Assembly: GCF_009914755.1 (NCBI RefSeq)
Contig: NC_060928.1
DNA length: 64,000 nt
From: the human T2T-CHM13v2.0 reference genome, Homo sapiens
Strand: one strand, 5' to 3'
Positions 48,430 to 60,918 of the stretch are shown here, piece after piece (the first letter of the stretch is position 1; every line of letters begins with the position of its first letter). The notes below the pieces were generated by a model. It did not search any database. It was not told the DNA's origin and was given only the letters and a program-made list of their open reading frames with translations. The position numbers were made by a program, and so were the translations under genes.

Positions 48430-48760
48430 AGGTCGGGCAGCAAACGTTTTCTTTAAAGAGCCAGGTAGTAAATATTTTAGACTTGTGGGCCATATGATCT
48501 CTGTCACAATAACTCAAAACCCAACTTTGCCATTGTAGCACCAAAGCTGCTATAAACAATTTTTAAGTATTACTGTATTCCAATATGGCATTATTTATGG
48601 ACACCGAAATTCATATAATTTTCACTTGTCACAAAATATTTTTCTTTTGATATTTAAAAAAATCATTAAAAAATGTAAAAATCATTCTAAGCTCATGGTC
48701 ATAAAGAAGCATACGGTGAGCCGGAATTGGCCTACCAACTTGGTTGTTTGTTGACCTTGC
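48430..48760 (+). mobile_element. MER58B hAT-Charlie relic
   Basis: gcaaacgttttctttaaagagccaggtagtaaatattttag...gtgggccatatg...ccattgtagcaccaaagc. Confidence 0.8.
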
Positions 48761-50708
48761 TATAAACCTTTGATCTCTGAAACAGAAGACAGCCCAAGGG
48801 TTCTGATGGTTGAGAGAGGGACTTTTTGCAGCGCACACAGAGTGCTTATGAATCCAATCCTCCTTGGCATGGTGTTGTATTTTGAGAAACATTGGCTTCT
48901 GTTCATGTATGAGAGAGGACTGTAACCTTGGGGTGTAGGTGTGATGGGCTGTGCCGAAGTCTGGCAGCATTGGCATGACTACCAAAAATGATGCCCATCC
49001 TTTGGGTTGTGTAGGACCATTGATCAATAGTTATCAGTGATTTGATCAGGCATTTCAGTGGTTTTCTTGGCTTGGAAGCTGGGCTAACCACTTTTGAAAT
49101 CAGTAAGTCTCTAGGATATTTGTGCAATTTAGGTTGGCACTGAGGAGAATTCTCCAGAGGGAGTTACTGGGCATCCTGCCAATGTGGGTATATGGGCTCA
49201 AGCCAACCATATTTGTAACCCAAGCTAGTAAGAGGGTCCTATTTGTTACACTTAACATTACTCTTTAGTCGCTAGAGTCCCACAGCATGGCACCTCCTGA
49301 GAGCTCAGTAAGTAATTGGTGAATTGGAGTTTATAGAAACATAAGGCATTGCTCACTCCTTGATTAGTCTCTCTCTCTCTCTTTTAAGAATTTCTGAGAT
49401 TAAAAGGAAAAGGAAAAACATGTATTGAACTACCATGTTTGGGCATGGTGTCATGAGCCATGTCATATATTATCTGCTTTAATTCTTCCTAGAAAGTAGA
49501 TATTTTTATTTACAAATGATAAATTACCTGTTCAATGCTTACAGCTAATAGGTAGTAGAGTTTTGGAATGCAGTCCTGTCTGACTCTTGATACTGCCATT
49601 GCTTTTCAGCAGATGGATGTAATCCATTCTTTGTATAATGCAAAAGGAAAAGGGTATTGATGTGTTAGGCTAGATCAATCCCCCTCACTGCCATAAAACT
49701 TAAGTCAAAATCCATTTCTCCTATTTATGGCTATTTTGAAATTCATACAATTGCACATTTAACTTGTAATATATTAGTCTGTAGGCCTTGGTAAGACACT
49801 TTAAAATGCAATATATATTCATTTATGAGGGTGAATTGTCCCAGAACATTGCAGTCTCTTAGGTTTGGATTATACTCCATAATGTATTTATTACTTAAAT
49901 ATCTTTTCTTTAAGTTCAAACACTTAAAAGCATAAAATGCCTCTCATCTCTCTTTTCATCAAGAATCCCTCTCGTTATCTTTAAAAATTGCTCATAAACC
50001 AGACTGCTTACTTTTAGACCCCTTCAGCCTCCCTCTCCCTTTCTCTCCCTCTCTCCATTTTTAATTATCCCATCTTACCAGAGTGTCTTGGCCGGGAAGA
50101 GCCATGCAATGAGAGATGTGCTGTTTTTTTCCTCTCTTTGGTACTAGAGAAGAAACATTGCTTAGACAAAAGTAGCCTGGTTCTATCCCTGATTTCCTTC
50201 AGTACAGTGGCATAAATGTGTAGCATCTAGACAGTTTTGAGGCTGTTGGCCTGGATAGGTCCACATTGGTCACCTGAATTTTATGTCTAATACTCAGGTA
50301 AGATATTCAGGTTAGTTCTTCCAATAGCAAGTATCTCTTTGTAACAATACTAAGAGAATCTTTTATAATGAACTTAACAAGGACCACTGAAGGATTTATT
50401 GAGAACACTGGAATATCAGCCTTTCAAGAGAACTATGTTTGCTTATATAGACCAAACTACAAAGGAAACACAATGGGTTGGGATATCAGTTTCTTATTCC
50501 TCTTCAGTAGGAAACTGATGATGACACATCCTTTGGCAGTATGGCTAAGGATCTACTTTTTAGCTGTTGTGAATCCTTGCACTGTTTCACACTGTTCCTG
50601 TTGCACGTGATGTGGTTCTACTTTAGGAACCTTATATCAAATGTGGATAGTTTTAAGTTCTTGATTACTAACTTCATTATTTCTCTTAAGTCTGTTTTCA
50701 CTTTTCAG

Positions 50709-50921
50709 ATTATCAGGGATCTTCTGAATCTGAGTATCTTTGATCTTTTCTGCACTAAGGATGCAGAGGTTTGAAAGTACTTTTGCAAGCCAGGAGGAGA
50801 AATGAGAAACAGACCTTGTATTTGCACAGCCAGGTGATACTTCCTATGGATTGCCGTTTCGACTCCCTTGGATACAGGGCTCAAGAGTTTGCTGCTGCTC
50901 AACCTCCTCTTTCCATTTTTG
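50709..50921 (+). ncRNA. Candidate non-coding exon (213 nt)
   Basis: TACTAAC at 50666-50672; pyrimidine tract ctgttttcacttttcAG; donor TTG|GTGAGT; stop codons in all three frames. Confidence 0.3.
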
Positions 50922-53189
50922 GTGAGTGTGATGGCATCTCATGGGAAACACCTAGCAGGGGGTCTGATGCTTGATTAGCCAGGAGGTGCTAGTTGAATCT
51001 GACCCTTGCCAGTTCTTTTGCAAAACTCTGGAGAAACAAAGTGTGCAAGGCACCACACAGGGACTCTGAATGTGCACATGAAAGGGGCATTAACTTTGGG
51101 CCTGGCTGCAATTGCTAGCAGTGCACTAGATGTGTTCCCATGGCTGGCCCTCCCAACCTACCCAAAGGTCAGTTTAAGGAAATGGAGGGAAAAAATTGGA
51201 ATAACAACTCAAAGAAATGGTAGGATTCTAATGAAAAACCAATTAAGGCAGACAGATGGCTGACACACACTTCTGACTTTCTTAAGAATATTTAGAGAAG
51301 TTATTTTTGTAGCATATGAAGGCAATGCCTGACAGCAGGTGTTAGTCACCATCATTTAGAGTGTGCCGTACAGAGCCTTAGGTAGACAAGCAGGAACACA
51401 GCATTTTATTTTGTCATTTTCATATTAAGATGTCAAATATACATTTTTAACAGCATTTTTAATGATTTCAAAGGACAATTTATCAGCTGTCATCTCAGAG
51501 CTGCTGACACATTCACTCAGAATAGAAAATCCTTTCCATGTTTTTATAAACCAATTGTTTCAAGGAAAGAATATCAGGCATGTTATTCTTTTCAGATTAG
51601 AATATTCAAGTGAAATATGGGTCTTATTTACTGTTTACTACAAGGGATAGAATTGAGGTTAAATTGCCTAATTGTAAATCAGAGCTCCAGAGATCTAATC
51701 CCAGCTATGCAACTGAAATAGCAGTGAGAGCCAGAGAAAGTCATTTTAGGTTTCTTGGAACATCGTTTTCCCATCAGAAGGGAGTTCCTGGGAGTAAGAG
51801 TTTAAAGAGTGAGGAAGAGAAGAGTATTCTATGGAAGAAAATATTGGAAGAAATTTGTTAAATTCTGACAGTCCTACCAATTAATTATATACCCTTTATG
51901 TTATTGAGTACTGCCTTGAGGACTTGCAGAGAAAAAATTTATTTAAAGAATAAAAATAAATAAATGGAAAGAAGAGTAGGAAAGGGGAACAAAAAAGCAG
52001 AAAAGTAGTCATAGATGTATTAATTGAAGGAGTCTTAAGGGAGGATTTTCCCCATAATACAAACACTTAACAGGTACAGGCACTTTAACAGAACAGATGT
52101 ATTTGGCTTGTCGAGGAAAAAAAGGACAAGATCAAATGGGGTAAATTCAGGAAAAATATCTCATGAATAAATCTTCAGGGGCAAATTAGCAAGTACTCAC
52201 AGTTTATGGCACTGGAGACCTGATTACAAAGTGAATTGAATGACTCAAAACGTTTTTGTGATGTTTCTTTACCAATGAAGGAGCTTAAGGAGGAGAAAGC
52301 TGTTTTGAAATAACTCTCTGGAAAGAAGTACAGGGCTCTTGTTGGCTTACTTTCTGTAACAACACTATGCAATACAGTTTGTACATATGTTTGTAACAAT
52401 TGCTAAGAAAAGACATTATTGCTAGAAAAATACAATCTTTTATTAAGAGAGATATTGAAAATGTCTAAGTTAAACCTTGAGGGAAAATAAGTAGCAAATT
52501 TTTTCAAATTATATAGGTAAATGCAAAATCATGTATTTCTGTTAAAATATTTGCAGTAATTTTCAATTTAATAAACAGTTGTGAGCATCTACTGTGAGTA
52601 CCATTTTGAGTACCAAGAGCAGTACACAAAAAATTTACTGAAATAAAGAACTGAAAAATTAAAGGAATATTTCCAGAAGTTATTCCCATCTCTCCTTTTT
52701 ATGGTATGTTACAGGTTAAACTTTTATGACCTTCAAATATCCTCAATGTGCCCAAGTTTACAATCAAAGCGATTTTTCTCCCCTACTATCCTGCATCCAT
52801 GTCCTTACCTAAATATTTTAGTCTTTCTTCTCTTTAGACATCTCATTGTGTAACACCTGAACAATCAGTTTTTGTATTTTTAGATGGAAGAGATAGCAGA
52901 GCATAGAGTTAAAGACTGGGGTGTGAAATTCATCCTCAGCAATGATGAAGTCTTCTTTATTATGGTCAGGGCATGATTATTTAATAATATTTGAGGACAA
53001 TCAACAAAATAGTAATCAGAGAAGGTCATAATTGAAAGGAGCTATAGAGCTTGTCTATTTTATATACATTATTTTATGGACACAATCCCACTCAACAAGA
53101 ACTTGCTGACTCTGTCAGCACTGAGCTGGCTGTTGGAATCCAAATATTGAAAAACATAGGCTCAAAGAGATCAAATACTTACTCAAGTT

Positions 53190-53655
53190 TACATGTTTTG
53201 CTACATTGCTTCCATTTGACCCACTCTCTGCATCCTTCATATGCTCTGTATCCCTGGACATCACATCAGTAAGATTTCTAGCCTTCTGGTTTCCAGTTGA
53301 GATTAGCCTACGGGATATACTTCATAGTGAGTAGGGAGGAGACAGAGGTCAGGATGTTTATCTTACCTTTGGAGTTTCCAGGAGCTTGTTGCATCCTGGC
53401 TGAAGATCATAGTGTCGGTAAGGGAATCCTGTCTACACAATTCTCTCCATCTGGTTTCTGATAAACATTCTCTTACCTTGCCCCTCAGGCTACAGGTGGT
53501 AGAAGTACTTCATAGTTACTAACCCCTGGCTCTGCATCATCCTTCATGTTTCCCATATATCTTGCCCACATCTTTACAAATAGTTCTTTAATTAAATCCT
53601 CCTTAAATTGCCCAATTTTAGCATGCCACCTGTTTTCTGCTGGGACCATGAGGGT
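53190..53655 (+). mobile_element. LTR33/LTR16-like ERVL solo LTR
   Basis: gccttctggtttccagttg...gaggtcaggatgtttat...tgccacctgttttctgctgggacc. Confidence 0.6.
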
Positions 53656-54744
53656 TATGCATTCTATAAAATGATTTTCAGTTTTCTTGATTTGTAATGT
53701 CTCTTGGGGTGTTTGTAAAACAGTTTTTATTTAAGATTTGCAAAGTTCTGATTGTTAAGAGTTTGGTCATTTCTAAGCCATTGATAGATAAGGGACCTGC
53801 ATGCAGTAGGGACAAGATGGCAGAGTCCACATGGCAGCACTGGAAGTTTACATTCAGTATACTCAAGTTGGTATTTAAATAATTGGTGGATCAATCACAT
53901 TCTTTGATTTTAAATTCCATTAAGTGGATTTCTGTTAGGTGAGAGATACTTGTTCTATCCCTTCTACTATGAAAGTTAAAGACCAAAGTGTGCTTTGGTA
54001 GAATTTATGCCAAGAGTTTGTTTACCAAAGTAGCAAAATTGATAGGAGGTAGATCTAGACCTGGGAAAAGTTTAGGAAAGAGGAAAGACAATGTCTGCTT
54101 TCCTTATCCTCTTCCCTCTAAAACTGTATTAACCACTAGCTTATGGTTAGAACTCTTTAATAGTAGAGTATATTCTTGATCTTAAGACTTTGATGTCCAT
54201 TCACATTATACTATCCTTGAAAGTGATAACACCTTATTGGTGATTAAAAATGCCTTTGGGGGAAGTGTTTTAGATCTTTCTGATAAAGTTTTGGTTTGTG
54301 AATAGGGTGAGATCTGAGAGATTTGGGACCTAAAATTGGTATGTATGTGAGAGATGGTTGGGTTAATGGGGGGATTGGACTGTGGGAAAAAGGAGGAAAC
54401 ATTTTCAAGTGGGGGAAACATATTATAAAGTTGCCATACTAGAGGAAAATACATGATTTAAGAAAAAGCTGAGAAGACTCTCTTAATTACAGAACTAGGT
54501 GCAAAGGATGACAACTGGGAAAACAATGAAGAGGTCTGAGTGAAGTGTCTCATTTATTTTGTCCCAGCCTTTGTCTTATTCATGAATGTAACATTATAGT
54601 TATACTGATTAGGATTCAATGAAAATTGATACTAATATTTATTGACTGTTTACAATAGATGAGGCAGTGTTCTAAGTCTTTTACATTTATTAAATCAGTC
54701 AATTCTCATAAAAAGTCCATGAGGTAGATGCAATCATTGGTCCC

Positions 54745-55096
54745 TGTATTAGTCCATTTTCATGCTGCTGATAAAGACATACCTAAGACTGGGAAGAAAA
54801 ATATGTTTAATGGACTCAGTTCCAGGTGGCTGGGGAGACCTTACAATCATGGTGGAAGGTGAAAGACATTTCTTACATGGAGGCAGCAAGAGAGAATCAG
54901 AGAGCTAAGCCAAAGGTGTTTCCCCTTATAAAACCATCAGACCTTGTGAGACTTATTCACTACCACGAGAACAGTATGGGGGAAACTGCCCCCATGATTC
55001 AATTTTCTCCTACTGGGTCCCTCGCACAACATGTGGGAATTATGGGAGCTATAATTCAAGATGAGATTTGGGTGGGGACACAGCCAAACCATATCA
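54745..55096 (-). mobile_element. THE1B MaLR solo LTR
   Basis: tgtattagtccattttcatgctgctgataaagacatac...gggacacagccaaaccatatca; 5-bp TSD gtccc/ttccc. Confidence 0.92.
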
Positions 55097-55101
55097 TTCC
55101 C

Positions 55102-55529
55102 TATGTTAATTTCCTAGGGCTGCCATAATAAAGTACCAACAACTGGGTGGCTTAAAGAACGGAAATTTATTGCCTCACAGTTCTGGAGGCTAAAAGCCCA
55201 AAATCAAGGTGCTGGTAGAGTTGATTCCTTCTGAGGGCTATGTGGCACTGTTCTGGACCTCTCTCCTAACTTCTGGTAGCCTCAGATGTTCCTTGATTTG
55301 TAGGTGTGGTCCCTGTGTCACATTGTCTCTCATTGGTATATATCTATCTCTGGAGTCCAAATTTCCCTTATTATAAGGACACTAGTCATATTGGATTAGG
55401 ACCTGCCCTAATGACCGCATGTTAAATTGATCATCTGTAAAGACTCTATTTCTAAATAAGGTCATATTCACATGTATTGGAGGTTAGGACTTCAACATCT
55501 TTTTGTAGGACACAATTATACCTATAACA
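55102..55529 (-). mobile_element. MLT1B/C MaLR solo LTR inside a MIR (MIR halves ~54630-54739 and ~55535-55650)
   Basis: tttcctagggctgccataataaagtacc...cacagttctggaggct...ggacacaattatacctataaca; MIR core resumes at cccattttaaagttgaggaaact. Confidence 0.85.
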
Positions 55530-55957
55530 GTGCCCATTTTAAAGTTGAGGAAACTAAAACACAGAGAAGTCTGCTAAATTGCCCACTGTCACCAAGAATG
55601 TAAGTAGTAGTGGTAGAAAGTCTGTGTTTTAACCATGATGCTGGATTGTCTTTTATGAAGGAAGCTTAGGTGCAGAAAGACTGGATTATAACACAACAAA
55701 GTAAGTGCCAGGGTTTTGTGTGATTGAAAGTCTTGGCACCTCCCATTCTGAAGCATTTGTGGGCATGGTCTCAGTCTTCTAAAATGATTTTAAATTGAGA
55801 TTTGCATTAGCACCATCTGAAGATATTTCTGTCTGAGGAGATTGGTTAATTGGCACTGGAGAAGAACATTGCAATTTTCTTTTACTGAATAACCTGCTTT
55901 TTAACTTGAAACTTCAGATGAAGACAAAAATGAAAGAATATTATGTTTTCATGCCTA

Positions 55958-56357
<400 letters not shown>

Positions 56358-56583
56358 TCAAAAGTCTTTCATATTATTTTGCATTCTAACCAGCAGGAGA
56401 AGTCCTTGACTACAGAGAATTTTGAACACTTCTCTGATGGTATTATTTTACAGACGAGATGGGATGAAGTAGTGAGTAGACCAGCTCTTATTTTATTTTT
56501 GTTTTCATTATTTAAAGGTATTTTTCCATTGTTTCCCCGCATTTTCTTGGCTCAAGATCAACAATAATCTTAATATTTTTACT

Positions 56584-56631
56584 TAATTTTATTGGAGTTG
56601 TCCCTTATCAGAGACAACTCCAATAAAGTTA
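56584..56631. other. Inverted repeat / hairpin with 19-bp stem and 10-nt loop
   Basis: taattttattggagttgtc (56584-56602) pairs with gacaactccaataaagtta (56613-56631), with one T:G wobble. Confidence 0.9.
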
Positions 56632-58207
56632 CCTCCCTTGGTACATTCAATTCACAGCCTTATAAGGGTGTTTGAAGGGTTATCATGGCTAATATTTTCC
56701 TACCATTGACGCAAAAGCAGCAGGATTTGGGAAACTAGATAGAGGCTTAAAGCAAGAAGGAGAAAGCAAAATCTAGGCCTAACAGTTTGTGTGTACAGCA
56801 GTATGGTGACACCTGCTTTCTACCAACCTTCTGTCTGCCACTTTTCTCCTCTCTATGTCCCATCTTGCAATGGAGAGAGGGACACATGCTTCTAGTCTTG
56901 ACAGCACCTTCCTCACCTCTGAGGACGGCTTGATGCAGTACATAAGTGATGGAGTATCAATGCTGGTGGTTGAGGTGGAGAAGGAATTTAGTTCCTTGAA
57001 TTTTCTTTGTTCTCCTCTGTGTTCCTACAAGAATAATGAAATTTCAGGAAGCTATAGTTCAGAGACACATTTCAGATCATGCAGAATACCTCTGGAAAGA
57101 AAGTTTGACTAATTGGCCCTTAAGATTGTATCCAACTCTGTGATTCTAGAATTCATTTTTCAAATAAGTAAGTTGCAGCCCTGAGAGGTTAAGTAACTTG
57201 AAAAACAACATACCAGAAGGTAGGGCAGAGCAAAGGCTATGACTTGGGATGCAAATTTCGGTGCACCCACTATCAAATCCAGAAGCTTCCCATGCCAGAC
57301 ATAAATAAGAAGCTGGATTCCTTCTGCTTCACTTTTGGACTTTTGTCTTTTACACAGACTCTACGACCTCTTAAACCTTTGTCAAAAAGTTCACTTACCA
57401 ACTGAGGGCTAAATATGCCTCTGTGAAAGGCGGAGGTGAACATGACAGTACTCGGCACACCTACTTCTCTTCCATTGGCAGGACCACTGCAATCCCAACC
57501 AATAATAACTCACTAACCAAACTCAACAAGACCCACATCCAAACACACCACTGTCTGATGCACTTCAAAGTGCAAATGTAGGAAACAACTTTTCAGCCAA
57601 TAAGTTTGCTGGTGTAACTATTCATTTGGAAACAAGAAGGAAAAAGAACAATATTTAATTAAAAGTTCAGATTTGTTTTGGATACCAAATCAAAAACTAG
57701 GATGTCTCAGATTTTACAAGTGCTCCTTCAATCACAGAGATCCACTGTGTGGAATTTGCAGTACTTTGTACTGCAGAGTAGGTTGTAATTGGACAGGTGA
57801 GTTCTCCTCCCTTTTCCTATTTCCTCCCTGGGAGCTCAGCAGAATACAGGAGCTAGCAGCATGGAGCTCTGAATTGATGCATGCCTAATCACAGTGTGCA
57901 GACAGCTCCCCTGTCTGTCTTAGTTCTCCTAGCCAGAATTTATATTTACCAAAAGATGATGATACATAGTAATAAGTAGAAGTCTTACAAAAGACATGGC
58001 AAAGAAAGTTTGGGTGACCATGAAGTAAACCTGGGGCAACACAGGATGGAACTGAGAAGCAGCGTAATTGCCAACTGCCATTCCCCAGGGTCAAAGACCC
58101 CTTTATGGATGAGATCTTTTCTTCCTTTCTGCAGCACCTAACATACAACTCTGAACATCCTAATTCATTTTAGTCCCTCTGCAAGCACTGCTGGATGACA
58201 GACTTAC

Positions 58208-58318
58208 CTTCTTGGCCAGGTAACCCCTGCTATATCATAAGATTTCATCTGCGAGAAAAGGAGGAATTCTTCTACAGCTCCCCTGCTCAACTTTCAGGAG
58301 ATTTTGACCCATGTGCTG
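58208..58318 (-). ncRNA. Candidate non-coding internal exon (111/108 nt)
   Basis: Minus strand ctttgtcttcttcaatctttccgTAG|CAG|cac ... AAG|GTAAGT; stop codons in all three frames; non-repeat sequence. Confidence 0.5.
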
Positions 58319-58749
58319 CTACGGAAAGATTGAAGAAGACAAAGTACATTTAAGTAATTTCTGATCTTTATCCCCTAAGTATGTGTGAGTATATGGTAAC
58401 CAGTAATGATTTATACTAACACAGCTTCATCTGAATTCCAGAACATTTTCTAAGCAATGCTCCGTCAATCCTCCAAGCAGCCTTTAACATGGATAGGAAA
58501 ATGAACATATTTTCTATGACTCATAAACAATATGGATGCACTTAATAAATCCAGTTTTACAGATATTGTAATGATGATTCCTCAGCCCTAGCAAAGTCAG
58601 AGAAGTGAGTTCATATTTGGGGAAGTGGTATGCAAATGCAAGAATGTCAGTGGATGTATTCCTACCTCATACTTCATGCACGTTAAGTATATACTGAGTA
58701 ATTTATTGTTTCACAGAAAATGTCTTCCTTATATTTAAAAAAGTCCATC

Positions 58750-59790
58750 CTATTTTTTAAAGGACAAAATCACTGCATATAATTGAAAATTAAAAATGTA
58801 CTTAAGTATACTAAAAATGAAAGTCATTCTCATTTTCAACCTATTTTTCACTCCTCTGAAGTAATAACTGTTAACAGTTTGTGCATACTTACAAACATTT
58901 TTTCATGTGCATATTTATAAAATATAAAGTTCTATATATTATTTTGCAACTCATTTTTATCATTTAGTAATACAAGTTGTGATAATGTAAAATATATGTC
59001 TAATTTATGCCTTTTAATTGTCACATTTGTTGCTTTCAACTTAAAAGATTTTTAACCCATACCTCATTAGTGATCGTTTCTGCAGTTTCCAATTATTTTC
59101 TTATTGCAAACAGTGCTACAATAAAATATTACGTTGAGCAGAAATGCTACTATAAGTATCCCCATAGCATTGTTTGCAATAAGAAAAAAATTGTTACAAC
59201 TCTTGTTGGAGAAGGTAAGTGTATCTTTAATATAAACTCACAGGGTAATTTCATATATCAGGTTTTTTTCCTATAATATGATAGTTTAAGACAAACGTTT
59301 ACTATTATTCATAGGATGACATATTGGTTTAGTGATTCTTTTAGTCTTGGCTAGATTGATTCACATGTCTGCTGTAAGTAAGCTGTGGGTTGGCTAGGTG
59401 TTGCTGCTGATCTTAGCTGGGTTCTCCCATACATTTGGGGGTTGACTAACTGTTGGCTGGCCTAGAAAGCCTCAGGATTTCTCCTAGAAGCCCATCCTGG
59501 GCATGTTTTCATGGTGAGACTGAGGGCCACGGAAAGGAGGTGGAACATGTAAATGTTTCTTCAAGTCTCTTGTGTCTTTTGCTACTATTCCATTGGCCCC
59601 AGCAAACTTGAATCCAAGGTATGTGTGGTAGGGCATTTAGCGTCAGTGTGAAAAACTAGAATAATTTTTGCAATCAATTTTCGTATATATTTTAACAGTT
59701 TATGGATATTGCCAAATTGTCCTCTCACAGGATTTAACAAATTTTCACTACTACCAATGTTGTATGAGAGGATTTTTGGCAACAAAATTT
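58750..59790 (-). mobile_element. L1ME fragments interrupted by an MLT1 LTR (~59300-59680)
   Basis: gtaataactgttaacagtttgtg...ttattgcaaacagtgctacaataaa...gatattgccaaattgtcctc; MLT-like gctgggttctcccatacat. Confidence 0.5.
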
Positions 59791-60299
59791 AGTCTCCCAG
59801 AGTGAAAAATTACGAACACAGGACAATCTTGTTCCTTCTGATTTTTACTATTATGTTCTAAAACTACTGACCAAATTTATAATACTTATTGCTTTTTCTA
59901 TTGTACAGCTTTTCTTAATAATTTATAACATTTGCATTCTTTTTGATAAATTTAAAGCCATATTAATAGTTCTTTTTTTTGCCTTAGCCATAATTAGAAG
60001 GGAATTAATGTTTACTTTATTAGTTTTTTCAGAAAGCAGCTTCCACATTCTTAAGCTCTGTACTGTGAACCACATCTTAGTTGGGTAAATTTTGTTATCA
60101 GGAAGGTTTTCAAAACATGGTCATGCATGTTATATTTTCTGAGATCATTCACATCTAACAATCTTTTCCTATTGCTTTTATACATGAATGGGCTGAGGAT
60201 AAAATTATTGGGTCCCATATTTCCCCTTATTTATCCATTATCTTCTGGAATTGAATGTTCTATGAAGAGCTTTGATATAGGTAATCTACCTGTCCTTCC

Positions 60300-60530
60300 A
60301 TTCATTTCAAAACGTTAATTAAGCATCTAACATGACAGGCACTATTCTAGGCACTGAGAGTATAGAAATAAACCACACACACACATACACACACATACAA
60401 ACACACACTCACATACACACACACAAATATCCTTGCTTTCCTGAAGCTTAAGTTCTTGTGAGAGGACATCACTAATAAAAAGAAAAAGTAAATAATTATC
60501 TATGTAGTATGAATAAATAGATTAAGTAAA
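60300..60530 (-). mobile_element. L2 3' end with embedded (CA)n at ~60373-60425
   Basis: ttcatttcaaaacg...caggcactattctaggcactgag. Confidence 0.6.
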
Positions 60531-60544
60531 TGAAAGTAAAACAA

Positions 60545-60918
60545 ACAAAAAATTGAATGGCTTAAACAACATAAATTAATTTTTTCACTATTCTGGAAAT
60601 GAGAAGTTCAAAATTAAGGTGTTGGCAGAGCTGTCTCCCCTCTAAAGACGCTAGGGAAGAATCCTTTCTTTCCTCTTCCTAGCAAGAAAGTGGTTGCGGC
60701 AGCGTCACTCCAGTCTCTGTCTCAGTTGTCACACTGTTTTCTTTTCTATGTCTCTGTGTGTCCTCTCCTCTTATAAGGTCCTTAATAGGTTGACTCTAAT
60801 CCAGAGTAAACTTATATTTAACTAACTGCATACACAAAGACTCTTATTTCCAAATAAGATCCCATTCTGAGGTTTAGGGTGCACATGAATTTTTGAAGGA
60901 CACTGTTGAACCTAGTAC
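60545..60918 (-). mobile_element. MLT1 (B/C-like) solo LTR
   Basis: tggcttaaacaaca...aaggtgttggcagagctg...tttccaaataag...ggacactgttgaacctagtaca. Confidence 0.75.

Noticed and set aside
58300-58321. Minus-strand TAGCAGCACAT resembling the miR-15/16 5' end
   Set aside because: Only ~11 nt match, there is no complementary arm for a precursor hairpin, and the splice acceptor explains the sequence.
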